Of a stretch of 48,701 nucleotides of DNA, positions 8,310 through 17,886 are shown piece by piece; position 1 is the first letter of the stretch; the number at the start of each line of letters is the position of its first letter. The position numbers and the translations under genes are program-made. Under the pieces are notes generated by a model. That model saw only the letters and a list, made by a program, of their open reading frames with translations. It was not told where the DNA came from and did no database searches. This stretch comes from a virus (lineage: Duplodnaviria; Heunggongvirae; Uroviricota; Caudoviricetes): IMG/VR virus record IMGVR_UViG_3300046460_000418. One strand, given 5' to 3'.

Positions 8310-8612
8310 TTATTGATCCTCAAGTCCGGCCAATAGTTCGTCGAGATCAGCCTTAGACATCTCGTCGATCCTCGCAGCCTGACGCTTGGAATTGACGCTC
8401 GAACCATCTGGCAAATATGCCAGAACGGACTGTGCAATGGCGTCAGCTTGCGAAAACTCGGCACCCGGGCGGTTCACGATAACACTCACCAGGTCCGGGC
8501 GGTCTATAGCAGCAACGGTGGCTTCAAAACCCGCTGCGAGCATATCTTCCCGGATTTTGTCGGGGCTCCAGTCAGTCGAGGGCATCTCAAACAGGGTTTC
8601 GAATAGGGGCAT
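8310..8612 (-). CDS. Hypothetical protein, 100 aa
   Basis: Clean ORF convergent on the tRNA cluster, co-oriented with upstream genes. Confidence 0.65.
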   Translation of the reverse strand: MPLFETLFEMPSTDWSPDKIREDMLAAGFEATVAAIDRPDLVSVIVNRPGAEFSQADAIAQSVLAYLPDGSSVNSKRQAARIDEMSKADLDELLAGLEDQ

Positions 8613-8709
8613 GAACGGGCTTCTTCGGAGGTTTCAGCGAAATCTACCCGAGCATCCTAAATGCGGCGGGTTGGAAAGGAAAGATGCTCTAGCCAGGGAC
8701 ATCGCGCCA

Positions 8710-9354
8710 TTACGCCACGGCCACGAACAATTCGAGTTCATCGGCATCTTCATCAGCCTCAATGTCCCGCTTCATCAGGTCGACGATGTACGCCTGGATG
8801 TTGCGCTCAGCGATGTCCTTATCCGGATACTGGTATACGTCGCCAGGAGGGCAATGAACTTGAAGGTTGGGTACTCGGCCACACCCGACGACAGCGATGG
8901 CTCCGAGTTTGGTCAACGAGTCCTTCCAGTCGGTCGGCCGGGCGTCCGGGGCGCAATCGAAGTCGATCTCCCAGGTGTTGTAATCCGGAACGAGCGCTCC
9001 TGCCTTGGCAAGGTCGGACGCCTTGGCGGCAAAGAGGACGGGAAAGCCGGTTTCGGTCCCGGCTTTATTCAGCGCAAATTTCAACGACATGTCGACACTG
9101 CTGGACCAGTAGGCGCATTGCAGAATGTCACCGCCGGAATGGTCCGGACCGGGCCCGGGACGGTAGACATAGGATTTCTTGGCGTCGAAGCCGTTTTCAA
9201 CAATCGAGATGGCAGATTTCTGCGATGTGCCATGGAAAAGCCAGGGATCGTTGGCCTCGGATGTTGCTTCCATCTCCCGGAACAGTGTCTCGATAGCGGC
9301 CCAATTTCGAATTTGGTCGGTATCCATCAATGTCGAGGGCGGAATAACGAACAT
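8710..9354 (-). CDS. ADP-ribosyltransferase-fold protein (H-G-T / Y motif)
   Basis: WLFHGTS..ISIVENGFD and AYWSSSVDMSLKFA resemble strands 1-2 of HYx-clade ARTs. Confidence 0.6.
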   Translation of the reverse strand: MFVIPPSTLMDTDQIRNWAAIETLFREMEATSEANDPWLFHGTSQKSAISIVENGFDAKKSYVYRPGPGPDHSGGDILQCAYWSSSVDMSLKFALNKAGTETGFPVLFAAKASDLAKAGALVPDYNTWEIDFDCAPDARPTDWKDSLTKLGAIAVVGCGRVPNLQVHCPPGDVYQYPDKDIAERNIQAYIVDLMKRDIEADEDADELELFVAVA

Positions 9355-9445
9355 GGCATTCTTCCAACGGTGTCGGGCTCATATTTCCCGACACCGTTGC
9401 CAGCCGCAAACCAATTGTGCAACAGGCTGTTGCACAATTGTGCGG

Positions 9446-10537
9446 TCAGACTTCTTCCCGTTCGCCCCAAGGCACTGTCGCTGGAATAGCTTCAATCCGC
9501 TCGATCTTTTGGCTGCAGACCCGGCGAAGTAGCTCCGACAAGCCACTCGTATCCTTGCCGACGCGCAACACGAGGCCTTCGCTCCGGACCATCCGCTTGC
9601 TATCACCGCCTTCCTGGTACCAGAAAGAGGAATATCCGTCAGATGCCGCAAAGCTCAGAACTGCCGTGTCGGTCATGACGCTGAAGCGATTGCAGGGGAG
9701 TTTCTTGAAGAAGTTGTCGATGCGGGAATAGAACTCGCGTGCATCGTAAGCCATGATCGAGAGGATCACCGCCTGCTGCATCGGGTGAAACGGGAAATCG
9801 TCTGGTTCTGGCTGGGATTCGCTCAAAAGCCAGGTGAGGGCTCCTCTCCACATGGCGGCGACGAGCAACTCATAGGATTCCTCCTCATCATGGTAATTGT
9901 CCTTCGTCCAGCGTGGGATGAACGGCGTCTTACCGATAGCGACGGCATCTTGAACCTCCAGCAGCGCCGCCACTGACAAATGGGCTCGGGCCGCGATGGT
10001 GCAGACGCGATAGGGCAGGCGACGTGGGGCAATCATCACCCGATCCCTGTTGTAGTCCCCCCACCAGAATGTGTAGACGCTTCGGAAAGGTTCAGTTGCG
10101 CAACGACCATGGGCCTTGTGTTCCTCCGTCGCGTCTTCTTTCTTGAGCGGCCAACCTCCGGGTGGGCAGCGATCCGGTGGGTAATAGATCAGGTCTTCAC
10201 CCTTTCCAGGAGCCAAGTTGCTGCGACCGCGATCCTGGAGCCAGACATCGACGCCTTGGAGGCATGCACCCCAGATGTCGGCGAGGCAAGCGATGACGAA
10301 GGCTTTCTGGACGCCGAAGCGGGCAACCAGCCCTTCTTCGAGGAAAAGATCGGCCCGGTCGCGCTCGTCATCGTATTTTTCGAAATAGTCCCAGAGTTGG
10401 TCGCCCTCGCGGAAAACGTCGGTGGTTTCAGCGGCCGCGATCATCATGCCGAGGGGCGGCACAATCGGGACTGCGATAAACTGGTCTTTGGAGTGTTTTT
10501 CAGCGCGTTCGCGCAAAGTTTGATAGAGAGTGGTCAT
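9446..10537 (-). CDS. Hypothetical protein, about 363 aa (likely start MTTLYQ)
   Basis: Long ORF with AAGGA SD upstream of the ATG at 10537; no family recognised. Confidence 0.75.
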   Translation of the reverse strand: MTTLYQTLRERAEKHSKDQFIAVPIVPPLGMMIAAAETTDVFREGDQLWDYFEKYDDERDRADLFLEEGLVARFGVQKAFVIACLADIWGACLQGVDVWLQDRGRSNLAPGKGEDLIYYPPDRCPPGGWPLKKEDATEEHKAHGRCATEPFRSVYTFWWGDYNRDRVMIAPRRLPYRVCTIAARAHLSVAALLEVQDAVAIGKTPFIPRWTKDNYHDEEESYELLVAAMWRGALTWLLSESQPEPDDFPFHPMQQAVILSIMAYDAREFYSRIDNFFKKLPCNRFSVMTDTAVLSFAASDGYSSFWYQEGGDSKRMVRSEGLVLRVGKDTSGLSELLRRVCSQKIERIEAIPATVPWGEREEV

Positions 10538-10752
10538 TGTGTGATCCTTTGAATGAGTGCTGTTAGAAACGGAGGCACAAGGATCAGGGCGGGGCACGGG
10601 CCCGGCGCAGATGCAGGATATTTGAGCTGTCGGTTAGAACCGAACGGACGACCCGTTTGGAAGAGCTACTTGAACTTGTTCATGCGGGCTCGCAATTGAA
10701 CGGCGATGCGTTACCTTTGATGCTGTTCCAAACTCGGCTCGCTGTAAAGAAA

Positions 10753-11172
10753 ATGTCCAAGATCGATCTCGAAACACCCGTGATGACCATCGAAATACAG
10801 GAAAACATGGTCGTTCCGCGCATTGTTGCGCCCTACCACAGCGGCGAATTCGTCGCCGTTAGGCCGATCAACAAGGATAAGAGTGAGGAAAAGACCTACT
10901 TCGGCATAATGCTGGGTGACATGAATATCGGATTTGGGCATCGTCTCGATGGTGACACCATCACCGTCACGGGGCACATCGGCAACCCCGCCATTTTCGT
11001 GCCCAAGCTTGCACAGATCGTCTATGGCGCTGAATCGTTCTGGAAACTCATCCAGTCGGAGGAGCAACTGACCGCTATCGAGGATGACGATCTGAAGCGC
11101 TGGGCCTCTCAAATCGCTGAACAGATCACCAAACGCCAGGAAATGCGCGAGAAAATCCTCGCTGAAAATTGA
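10753..11172 (+). CDS. Hypothetical protein (phage/plasmid-type)
   Basis: GEFVAVRP..KTYFGIMLGD..NPAIFVP..IVYGAESFW has the look of a conserved mobile-element hypothetical; start uncertain. Confidence 0.7.
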   Translation: MSKIDLETPVMTIEIQENMVVPRIVAPYHSGEFVAVRPINKDKSEEKTYFGIMLGDMNIGFGHRLDGDTITVTGHIGNPAIFVPKLAQIVYGAESFWKLIQSEEQLTAIEDDDLKRWASQIAEQITKRQEMREKILAEN

Positions 11173-11226
11173 TCCTTGCGTCGGTCGATGTTCCCATTTT
11201 CCTATACCAACGGATTTGGCATCGAC

Positions 11227-12390
11227 ATGAAAATCAACAGCGCAGGGCAAAGCTCACCCGAAATGGATATTGCGCGAGCCAAGCTTTCAGGCGGCGCTCC
11301 GCTGATCACAATGGTCGACGAAATCGTCAGCCACGACACCGTAAAAGCGCAACTGATCGTCGATGCCTTTGGCACAAAGGCAGGCATTCGCATTACCTTG
11401 AAGCAATCGATGGCCTCGCCCGACTTCCGTTCGCTATCCACGGCGATCAAGGGCAACGAGTTCTCTGCTCCTTTGCGTAAGGGCGATGTCCTATGTTTCA
11501 ACCAGGTTTATGCGGATACCGTTGACGGCCTGACAGTCGCGATGGTTGGGCAGGTGACCGCTCGGACCAACGACAAGCTTCGTGGTGACGTGCAGCTACT
11601 GACCGCTATGGCCCGGCCATCGAAAAGCTCGAACAAGAAAGCCAGTGGCGCAACCCAGTACCTGACGATTGTCGAAGCGACAAAAGCCATGAGCGTCGGC
11701 TCGTTCGACGACGTCAAAAAGGCATGGGATGTCGTCAAGGGTCTCAAATCCCCCGGCGGGTCGGCTGGGTTCGTGATCCGCGACCGGTTGGCCAAGCAAG
11801 GCGGTGACTGGTTCGAGAAAAAGGGCGAGTCGATCCAGGTATTTATCGACGAGCTGGATCAGCAGGATGCGTTTGTCGGAGATGCGCTGATTGAACTGAT
11901 CCCTGCATGGTCAGTCAAGATGTCGAGGGACCAGGTCGCTCAGGATATCGACCTGCGTAACGAGACAACTCCGACAATCGGCCGGGTCGGCAAACTGTTC
12001 GACTTCGGAGACAAGAAGGGCATTCTGGGCTTTCACCCCTGCGCAATCATCATTGCCGACGAACCGGAGACCGGCTTCAACAGTTCCTTGACGGGCAACG
12101 TCATTCGGGCCGTGGCGGGAATACAGCCGTGCTACCAACGTAAGGCGGTCAACTTCCTGGCGCTTCCAACCAACCTGCGTGAGTTTGACGGAAAGCCGAA
12201 TCGCGTTGCGAACTACTGGACCGATGAACAGGTCTCGGCTTTGAAAGCAGAGCGCGTTGGCAGACGTGGGCCGGATGCACCGATTGCCAAACCGACCACG
12301 GCAGCTGGAAGCGACGCCAAAGATGAATTTGAAGCACCCGATGCTGGCTTCTCCGGAACTCGACCCATTCGCATGGGTGGCCGGGCTTAA
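11227..12390 (+). CDS. Hypothetical protein, about 387 aa
   Basis: Long ORF, codon usage consistent with neighbours, followed by an inverted repeat. Confidence 0.75.
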   Translation: MKINSAGQSSPEMDIARAKLSGGAPLITMVDEIVSHDTVKAQLIVDAFGTKAGIRITLKQSMASPDFRSLSTAIKGNEFSAPLRKGDVLCFNQVYADTVDGLTVAMVGQVTARTNDKLRGDVQLLTAMARPSKSSNKKASGATQYLTIVEATKAMSVGSFDDVKKAWDVVKGLKSPGGSAGFVIRDRLAKQGGDWFEKKGESIQVFIDELDQQDAFVGDALIELIPAWSVKMSRDQVAQDIDLRNETTPTIGRVGKLFDFGDKKGILGFHPCAIIIADEPETGFNSSLTGNVIRAVAGIQPCYQRKAVNFLALPTNLREFDGKPNRVANYWTDEQVSALKAERVGRRGPDAPIAKPTTAAGSDAKDEFEAPDAGFSGTRPIRMGGRA

Positions 12391-12404
12391 GCAAGGTCTC
12401 CAGA

Positions 12405-12445
12405 ATATCTGATCCCGCCAACGCGAATTCAACGGGATCAGATAT
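12405..12445. terminator. 13-bp inverted repeat between convergent genes
   Basis: ATATCTGATCCCG / CGGGATCAGATAT, 15-nt loop. Confidence 0.55.
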
Positions 12446-12683
12446 GAGCGGCCTCTGATGCGTTGCCACACGACGGGGTATTTGCAAATACCGCGTCAAT
12501 GGGAGTTCCTTTCGCAACAACTTGATCGACGATTAGTTGCAACGAATAGGCAAGGGCGTCGATGATCACCTCGGGCGCTGTACCATGGGTACATCGGTGA
12601 GCAACTGGGCCAACTCAGCGAATCTATTCTCCACTCCAGTTGTCGAGCTTGTCAAATTTCGAGGCGACAACGACTTTCACCAG

Positions 12684-14324
12684 TTATGAGCGTTCGAACA
12701 ACTTCGCGAGTTGCTCGTGCGTCAGGAAAGCGATGGTTGGACGGCCATGGTTGCATTGAGAAGCATTTGGTGTGGCCTCGATTTCCCGGAGCAACTGAGC
12801 CCCACGCTCGGGCGTGAGTGTGTTTCCTGCCTTGATGGCTGCCTTGCAGGCAGCCGTGGCCAGACGCTCCCACAAGGCATCCTCCATCAGCCCTGAGACA
12901 CTTCCTGTCGAGCAATGCTCGATAATGAGGTCAAGCAACTGCTCGTGCGCGATACCTGAAAGAACGGCGGGGATCGTATTGAGGGTAACCGAGCGAATGT
13001 CGGTCGCCATTCCAAAACCCAATGATCCCAAAACACTTTCACAATCCGCGACTGCGGCTGCAATCTCGGCACCGACCGGGCGTTGAACTGAAAGAGCAAG
13101 CCTGGTAATTTCGTCCGGAAATCCCGCAGCGGCCTTTTTCAGCCGTTCGAGAATGACCCGTTCATGTGCCGCATGTTGGTCGATGATGACCATCCCCTCT
13201 GCCGTCTCACCCAGGAGCCAGGACGAGTGCAATTGCGCCACATACCGGCCGAGAGGCAGTCGACGAGGGTCAGACAGTGTCGCTTCATTGACGTTGGCCA
13301 GATCACGGGCAAGATTTGCAATGCTTGACGGCGAGCGAAGTCCGCTTTGCGATAGAGCGAGCGAGACGGCTTGGCGGAGTGCTTCAGCCACATTGACGCC
13401 TTCGCGAAAGCGGACTTCGGCTTTCGTAGGATGGACGTTAAGGTTGACCATGCGCGGGTCGAGACTGACGTAAAGAGTGGCAAATGGTCGGGTGGCGGTG
13501 CCAGTAAGGTTCTTGTAGACCGACTGCACCGTCGCGGTCAGGCTCCGATCCTGGATCAGCCGCCCGTTGACGATGATATCGAGGTGACCGCTTCCGGCAT
13601 TATCCATCACGGTCGGCAGGGAGATCAGGCCGCAGACCCGGATTGTCCCGTCATCATGGGAGACTCGAATGCCATTTTTGCTGAGCGGCTCGCCACGGAC
13701 TTCCCGAATGCGAGACGCTTCATCCGGTTGCGCCCGGTATGTCGTCACTTGATTGCCATTCCGCAATGTGAACCGAACGCCAGGATGCGCGAGCGCAATC
13801 GCATCGAGGACGGACAACACCTGTGCGAATTCTCTTTTGAAGCTCTTCAGGAACGCTTTGCGGGCAGGGTGAGCGTCAAACAGTCCTTCGATCTCTACTC
13901 TGGTGCCAAAGCCACCTGCAGACGGCATGACCTTGCTCGCCACTCCATCAACAATCCTGGAAATGAATGCCACGTCCTGATCGGCTGGCCGAGACACAAT
14001 GGTCAGGTTCGCCATCTTCGCGATTGAGGGCAGCGCTTCGCCGCGAAAACCAAGGGTCTGGACGTTGAAGATGTCGTCAGTGACAAGTTTCGATGTCGCA
14101 TGGTTCAAATGTGCAAGCGCAAGGTCTTGCGGGTTCATGCCACGGCCGTTGTCGGCAACGATTATCCGGGTCAGCTGCTTGTTCTGGAATGTGATGTCGA
14201 TGCTGGTGGCCCCGGCATCCAGGGCATTGTCGAGAAGCTCCCTGACAACGGAAGCGGGACGTTCGATAACTTCTCCAGCCGCGATCATGGCCGAGATGTG
14301 TGGAGGAAGAACACGGATGCTCAT
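12684..14324 (-). CDS. mutL: DNA mismatch repair protein MutL (with C-terminal endonuclease motifs)
   Basis: AAGEVIERPASVVRELLDNALDAGAT, DNGRGM, LGFRGEAL, NVHPTKAEVRF, DQHAAHERVILE, ACKAAIK, CNHGRP. Confidence 0.96.
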   Translation of the reverse strand: MSIRVLPPHISAMIAAGEVIERPASVVRELLDNALDAGATSIDITFQNKQLTRIIVADNGRGMNPQDLALAHLNHATSKLVTDDIFNVQTLGFRGEALPSIAKMANLTIVSRPADQDVAFISRIVDGVASKVMPSAGGFGTRVEIEGLFDAHPARKAFLKSFKREFAQVLSVLDAIALAHPGVRFTLRNGNQVTTYRAQPDEASRIREVRGEPLSKNGIRVSHDDGTIRVCGLISLPTVMDNAGSGHLDIIVNGRLIQDRSLTATVQSVYKNLTGTATRPFATLYVSLDPRMVNLNVHPTKAEVRFREGVNVAEALRQAVSLALSQSGLRSPSSIANLARDLANVNEATLSDPRRLPLGRYVAQLHSSWLLGETAEGMVIIDQHAAHERVILERLKKAAAGFPDEITRLALSVQRPVGAEIAAAVADCESVLGSLGFGMATDIRSVTLNTIPAVLSGIAHEQLLDLIIEHCSTGSVSGLMEDALWERLATAACKAAIKAGNTLTPERGAQLLREIEATPNASQCNHGRPTIAFLTHEQLAKLFERS

Positions 14325-14755
14325 TAAACGGTGTCCGGTAGCCGGGCGCAGTGATTGTCGAAGAAGACGAGAAGATTGCAGATTTCCCGGTTCGCCTTGG
14401 TGTTCGATTTCAGAGCGTGTTGCACTGCGCGATCCAGATCGCTGCCCTTTTTCGTATATCGAAGAATGCCGTTGCGGCGGTCGCTCGGGTCCTGTCGGCG
14501 TTCGATATAACCTTGCTTGATAAGGGAGTTTATGGCGTAGGTCGCATTGGAACCGACATATCGACCGTCATTGACGATGTCATTCACATGGGCGTCGCCG
14601 GGGCCGATGTTGAGAAGGAAAAGCAGAAGGGGTGTGGAAAGATCGGCATTATGGCGGGCAAGGATAGGCTTGACGAAGTCACCAAAAACGCGCTGGCTGC
14701 GGTCCATGGCGATCATCGCTCCGATCCAGCTGTTATCCGCCGCCTTCCCAGCCAT
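14324..14755 (-). CDS. MarR-family regulator, LdtR-like
   Basis: LLLFLLNIG..GRYVGSNATYAINSLIKQGYIERRQDPSDRR resembles Rhizobiales LdtR (GYYLGSNVSYNLKKL..DRRS, from memory); TAATG overlap with mutL. Confidence 0.75.
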   Translation of the reverse strand: MAGKAADNSWIGAMIAMDRSQRVFGDFVKPILARHNADLSTPLLLFLLNIGPGDAHVNDIVNDGRYVGSNATYAINSLIKQGYIERRQDPSDRRNGILRYTKKGSDLDRAVQHALKSNTKANREICNLLVFFDNHCARLPDTV

Positions 14756-14912
14756 CAGTCCCTGCCGATTATTGTGTGCATCAATTAGGGTCCGGTGGCG
14801 GCGGATTTAAATCAACAAAAATCCTTTGAAATTCGAATTTCTTTTCGACACCTTCCGACTTGCACCCGCCCGGCATATCCTTGAAAAAATTCCTTTGGAA
14901 AGGTTGAAAACC

Positions 14913-15695
14913 ATGACGGACGATATCGGCAGTAAGGTCTTCGTCGACGTTCAAATCGGCGGCGAAATCAAGAGCTGTGAACTACTGCAGGACCTTTGCG
15001 AAAACATCCGCATGTATTTCTACCTCGACGATCCGGCCTTTGACGGACCTGATGGCATCAAGCTCATGGCGCAGCAGGTCAACGGCAACGCTGGGTACAA
15101 TGAAAGCATCCATATCCAGGGACTGATCAACCGTGACAGCCTGTTCAGCGCGAAAACCAGCACCCGTTACGTTGTCGAGGGCCTGGACGAGGGAAACATG
15201 TATCGCACAGATGCGGAGGGTGCTCCCTTCCGAATTTTCGACATCGAGACCCAGGATTGGCTCCCGACACCCTTCGAAGTGCGAGCGATAGCGCAGCTAT
15301 CCTGTGACCAGCTCAATAAGGCTGCAGCGAAGATGACGCACACGGCGATGAGCGACCTGCATGCGGTCTGCGTCATGGGAAATCTTCCATACCAGATTCT
15401 GGAAGCCAATCCCGAACAGGAAGGTTACAACACCATGATCACCTGGGAACCGGGCACGGATTGGGACGATAAGCAGCAGTTTGTCGATCTCGTCGGTGAA
15501 ATGGAACCCGGCATCTCGCTTGGAGACCTCCGCAAGGCGCAAAAAGAAGGCAACACGCTCGAAGACATCACTGCCAAGCTCGGCAAGGTAACGACCGTCG
15601 CTCTACGCCACAACCGCATTAAAATGGACGAGAGCATCTATCTCGAACTGCGCGATGCTCTTGATCAAGAGCAATCATCGTCACTGAAAATCTAA
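14913..15695 (+). CDS. Hypothetical acidic protein ending QEQSSSLKI
   Basis: Long ORF; ATG 14913 downstream of GAAAGG. Confidence 0.75.
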   Translation: MTDDIGSKVFVDVQIGGEIKSCELLQDLCENIRMYFYLDDPAFDGPDGIKLMAQQVNGNAGYNESIHIQGLINRDSLFSAKTSTRYVVEGLDEGNMYRTDAEGAPFRIFDIETQDWLPTPFEVRAIAQLSCDQLNKAAAKMTHTAMSDLHAVCVMGNLPYQILEANPEQEGYNTMITWEPGTDWDDKQQFVDLVGEMEPGISLGDLRKAQKEGNTLEDITAKLGKVTTVALRHNRIKMDESIYLELRDALDQEQSSSLKI

Positions 15696-15712
15696 CGCCG
15701 AGAGACAAAACA

Positions 15713-16327
15713 ATGCTAATGACACAAGAAGCCATCGAAGCCGAAGCCCCGATTCACGCCCTCATCCGCGAGAAGATGAGTGTCTTCTCATTGCCCAGCG
15801 AACTCGACCTCATGACCGCACGAGAAGATTGGGAAGATGTCGAGGAGGACTACGCAGACGTCGTAACTCCGGAGCTGATCGCAAAATTTGGCGGCGAAGA
15901 ATCTGGTGGAGAAGGTTTCCTTGCCACCTTGAACGGCAAAATTGGGCAATGGGTCGAAATGGAATATGCCAGCACTCATCGCGATGACAGCCTCACCCTT
16001 GATGAAGCATACAACGGCGAAGTGCCGCCGTCGCCGACCGAGCTAATTGCCAGGGCTGCCTGGGCTGCCATTCTTCTCCAGCAATCGTATCCTGAAGCAA
16101 GTTTCCGTGTTTCGGAGGGTTCGCATGCCTGGGGAGGGAGAGTATCATTCGGCGCTTTCCTTCCAGAAGGCATACCGAACCGTGAGGAAATCATCGACAC
16201 GTTCTACAAAACAGAGCTGCCGAAACTGGATATCAGCATCGTTAAGCAGCTTTATGGCGACGCATACGATAAGGTGAACGACTACTTTGATAGCATTTCA
16301 CCGCCTTCATCAGGGTTGAAAATGTAA
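15713..16327 (+). CDS. Hypothetical acidic protein ending SPPSSGLKM
   Basis: Clean ORF 17 nt after the previous stop, followed by a terminator. Confidence 0.75.
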   Translation: MLMTQEAIEAEAPIHALIREKMSVFSLPSELDLMTAREDWEDVEEDYADVVTPELIAKFGGEESGGEGFLATLNGKIGQWVEMEYASTHRDDSLTLDEAYNGEVPPSPTELIARAAWAAILLQQSYPEASFRVSEGSHAWGGRVSFGAFLPEGIPNREEIIDTFYKTELPKLDISIVKQLYGDAYDKVNDYFDSISPPSSGLKM

Positions 16328-16334
16328 TTCCGGC

Positions 16335-16374
16335 ATAAGAAAGCCCGCCAAAACACAACGGCGGGCTTTCTTAT
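16335..16374. terminator. Bidirectional rho-independent terminator
   Basis: ATAAGAAAGCCCGCC / GGCGGGCTTTCTTAT 15-bp stem between convergent genes. Confidence 0.8.
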
Positions 16375-17165
16375 TTTTGGTCGTGAAAACCTTCCGGGAA
16401 TTCAAATTGAATGAAGCTCGAAGCCTTTTCCATGTTCGCATAACCGCCGAAGAAACAGGTATCGCTCGATCCGTAAGGATTAATCTCGATCAGTAGAAAG
16501 CTTCCGTCGTGACGCACAAAGATGTCGAAAACGACGGTTTCCAGATGAAGCGTTGGCTTCAGCACATCCTTGAACCAGGCCTCAATCCGGGTGCGAAGGT
16601 CCCGCCCGCCATCTTCAGGAGGTTTGATCGGTTTCTGGTAGTCGTAATGGGTGACCGCGATGAGATCGCCAGCCTTCACGAAGCAGCGGAATTCTTTCGA
16701 AGGTGTCATTCCATAGACGATGTCACGCAGGCAAACGTAAGCAGGCTGCTCTGGCAGATAGCTGAACTCCTGCAGATCGTCGAGAACCCGCATCGAGCAG
16801 GATAAAATCGATAGGGCCTCCTTGCCAGAGAGCGTCATTGGAGACTCAAAGGGCCACGGCGAATCTTTCGGTGAGCGGCTGTTCAGTCTGATGAACTTCC
16901 GATCCCAACCGAGTTCCGCGTCAAGTACGGGCGCGAACGCGTTCATGATCGGACCTGGGACATTGCCGTCATGGAGGTCACAGAACTCTTCGTAAAGACC
17001 ATCGGGTACCTGGACGAGCTTGGTCGGCATAGACAAAGCTGCCAAATCGGCTGGCCAATGGTCAATCAGAGTTGGCTGGTTCCACTTGAGCCACTTCAGC
17101 GATGTTGCCCTGTGCTGCTCCAGGGTCGGCATTTTAGGCTCGGGGATCGATTTCAGAAATGACAT
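16371..17165 (-). CDS. R2K-clade (Cdc123/D123-like) ATP-grasp protein
   Basis: KFIRLNSRSPKDS, SMRVLDDL, EFRCFV..LIAVTHY, VVFDIF, LIEINPYG..DTCFF match the Cdc123/R2K motif order. Confidence 0.8.
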   Translation of the reverse strand: MSFLKSIPEPKMPTLEQHRATSLKWLKWNQPTLIDHWPADLAALSMPTKLVQVPDGLYEEFCDLHDGNVPGPIMNAFAPVLDAELGWDRKFIRLNSRSPKDSPWPFESPMTLSGKEALSILSCSMRVLDDLQEFSYLPEQPAYVCLRDIVYGMTPSKEFRCFVKAGDLIAVTHYDYQKPIKPPEDGGRDLRTRIEAWFKDVLKPTLHLETVVFDIFVRHDGSFLLIEINPYGSSDTCFFGGYANMEKASSFIQFEFPEGFHDQK

Positions 17166-17184
17166 GGACACTTCCCTTGCCTGA

Positions 17185-17871
17185 TCAGGCGGCCAGCTTG
17201 GCAAGATCGGAGGTGAAGAATTCCTTCACCCAACGGGTATGGGTCTCGAAGGCGGTTTCGACCGGCTTATCGGTGGTCAACACTTCAAGAATTTCCTGGT
17301 CGGCATCGCGTGTCAACGGATCGTCGACGCGGCCCTGGTAGACGGCAAACAGCAGATTGACCTTACCGCCTTCGACTGTCTCGGTCGCCACCGACTTCAG
17401 CAAAGCAGGGTCGAGAACAATACCGGTCTCTTCGAAAACCTCACGGCAACCGGCATGCTGCCATGTTATATCCGCGACCTCCTGGTACCCGCCAGGAAGT
17501 GCCAGCTTGCCGTGCGTGTCGCGAGCAGCGCGACGGACGAGAAGAAGGCCGGACGCGACCGGCACCAACACAACGACCACGGTAGGCGGATTGTGGAAGA
17601 CGATTTCGCCCGGGAGGGGGCGAACGCTGCCGTCGAAGGGCTTCCAGTAGTTGAAGCCGTCGGCGAAGTGGATGGCCTCACCGTCATGCGCCCGGAAGAA
17701 GAAATCCGGATAGTCAGGTCCAACGAGCCCGAGCACAAATTCTGATGTTGCCGGATTGAAGAAGGCGTAGAGACGGCGCTGCTCGGTCGGCTGGTTCGAA
17801 CCGGCAATCAGTTCAGACCAACCGTTTTGCGTTCCTGCTTCATAAAGTGCATGGCGTTCTTCAGGTGTCAT
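17185..17871 (-). CDS. Nudix hydrolase
   Basis: NPPTVVVVLVP..LLLVRR and Nudix box ALPGGYQEVADITWQHAGCREVFEETG. Confidence 0.85.
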   Translation of the reverse strand: MTPEERHALYEAGTQNGWSELIAGSNQPTEQRRLYAFFNPATSEFVLGLVGPDYPDFFFRAHDGEAIHFADGFNYWKPFDGSVRPLPGEIVFHNPPTVVVVLVPVASGLLLVRRAARDTHGKLALPGGYQEVADITWQHAGCREVFEETGIVLDPALLKSVATETVEGGKVNLLFAVYQGRVDDPLTRDADQEILEVLTTDKPVETAFETHTRWVKEFFTSDLAKLAA

Positions 17872-17886
17872 AGGAAAATCCTCGGA

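Noticed and set aside
12420-12640. Possible frameshifted small gene on the minus strand (MENRFAELAQLL.. / EVIIDALAYSLQL..)
   Set aside because: Two short frames with no recognisable homology or slippery site; cannot be supported without comparison.
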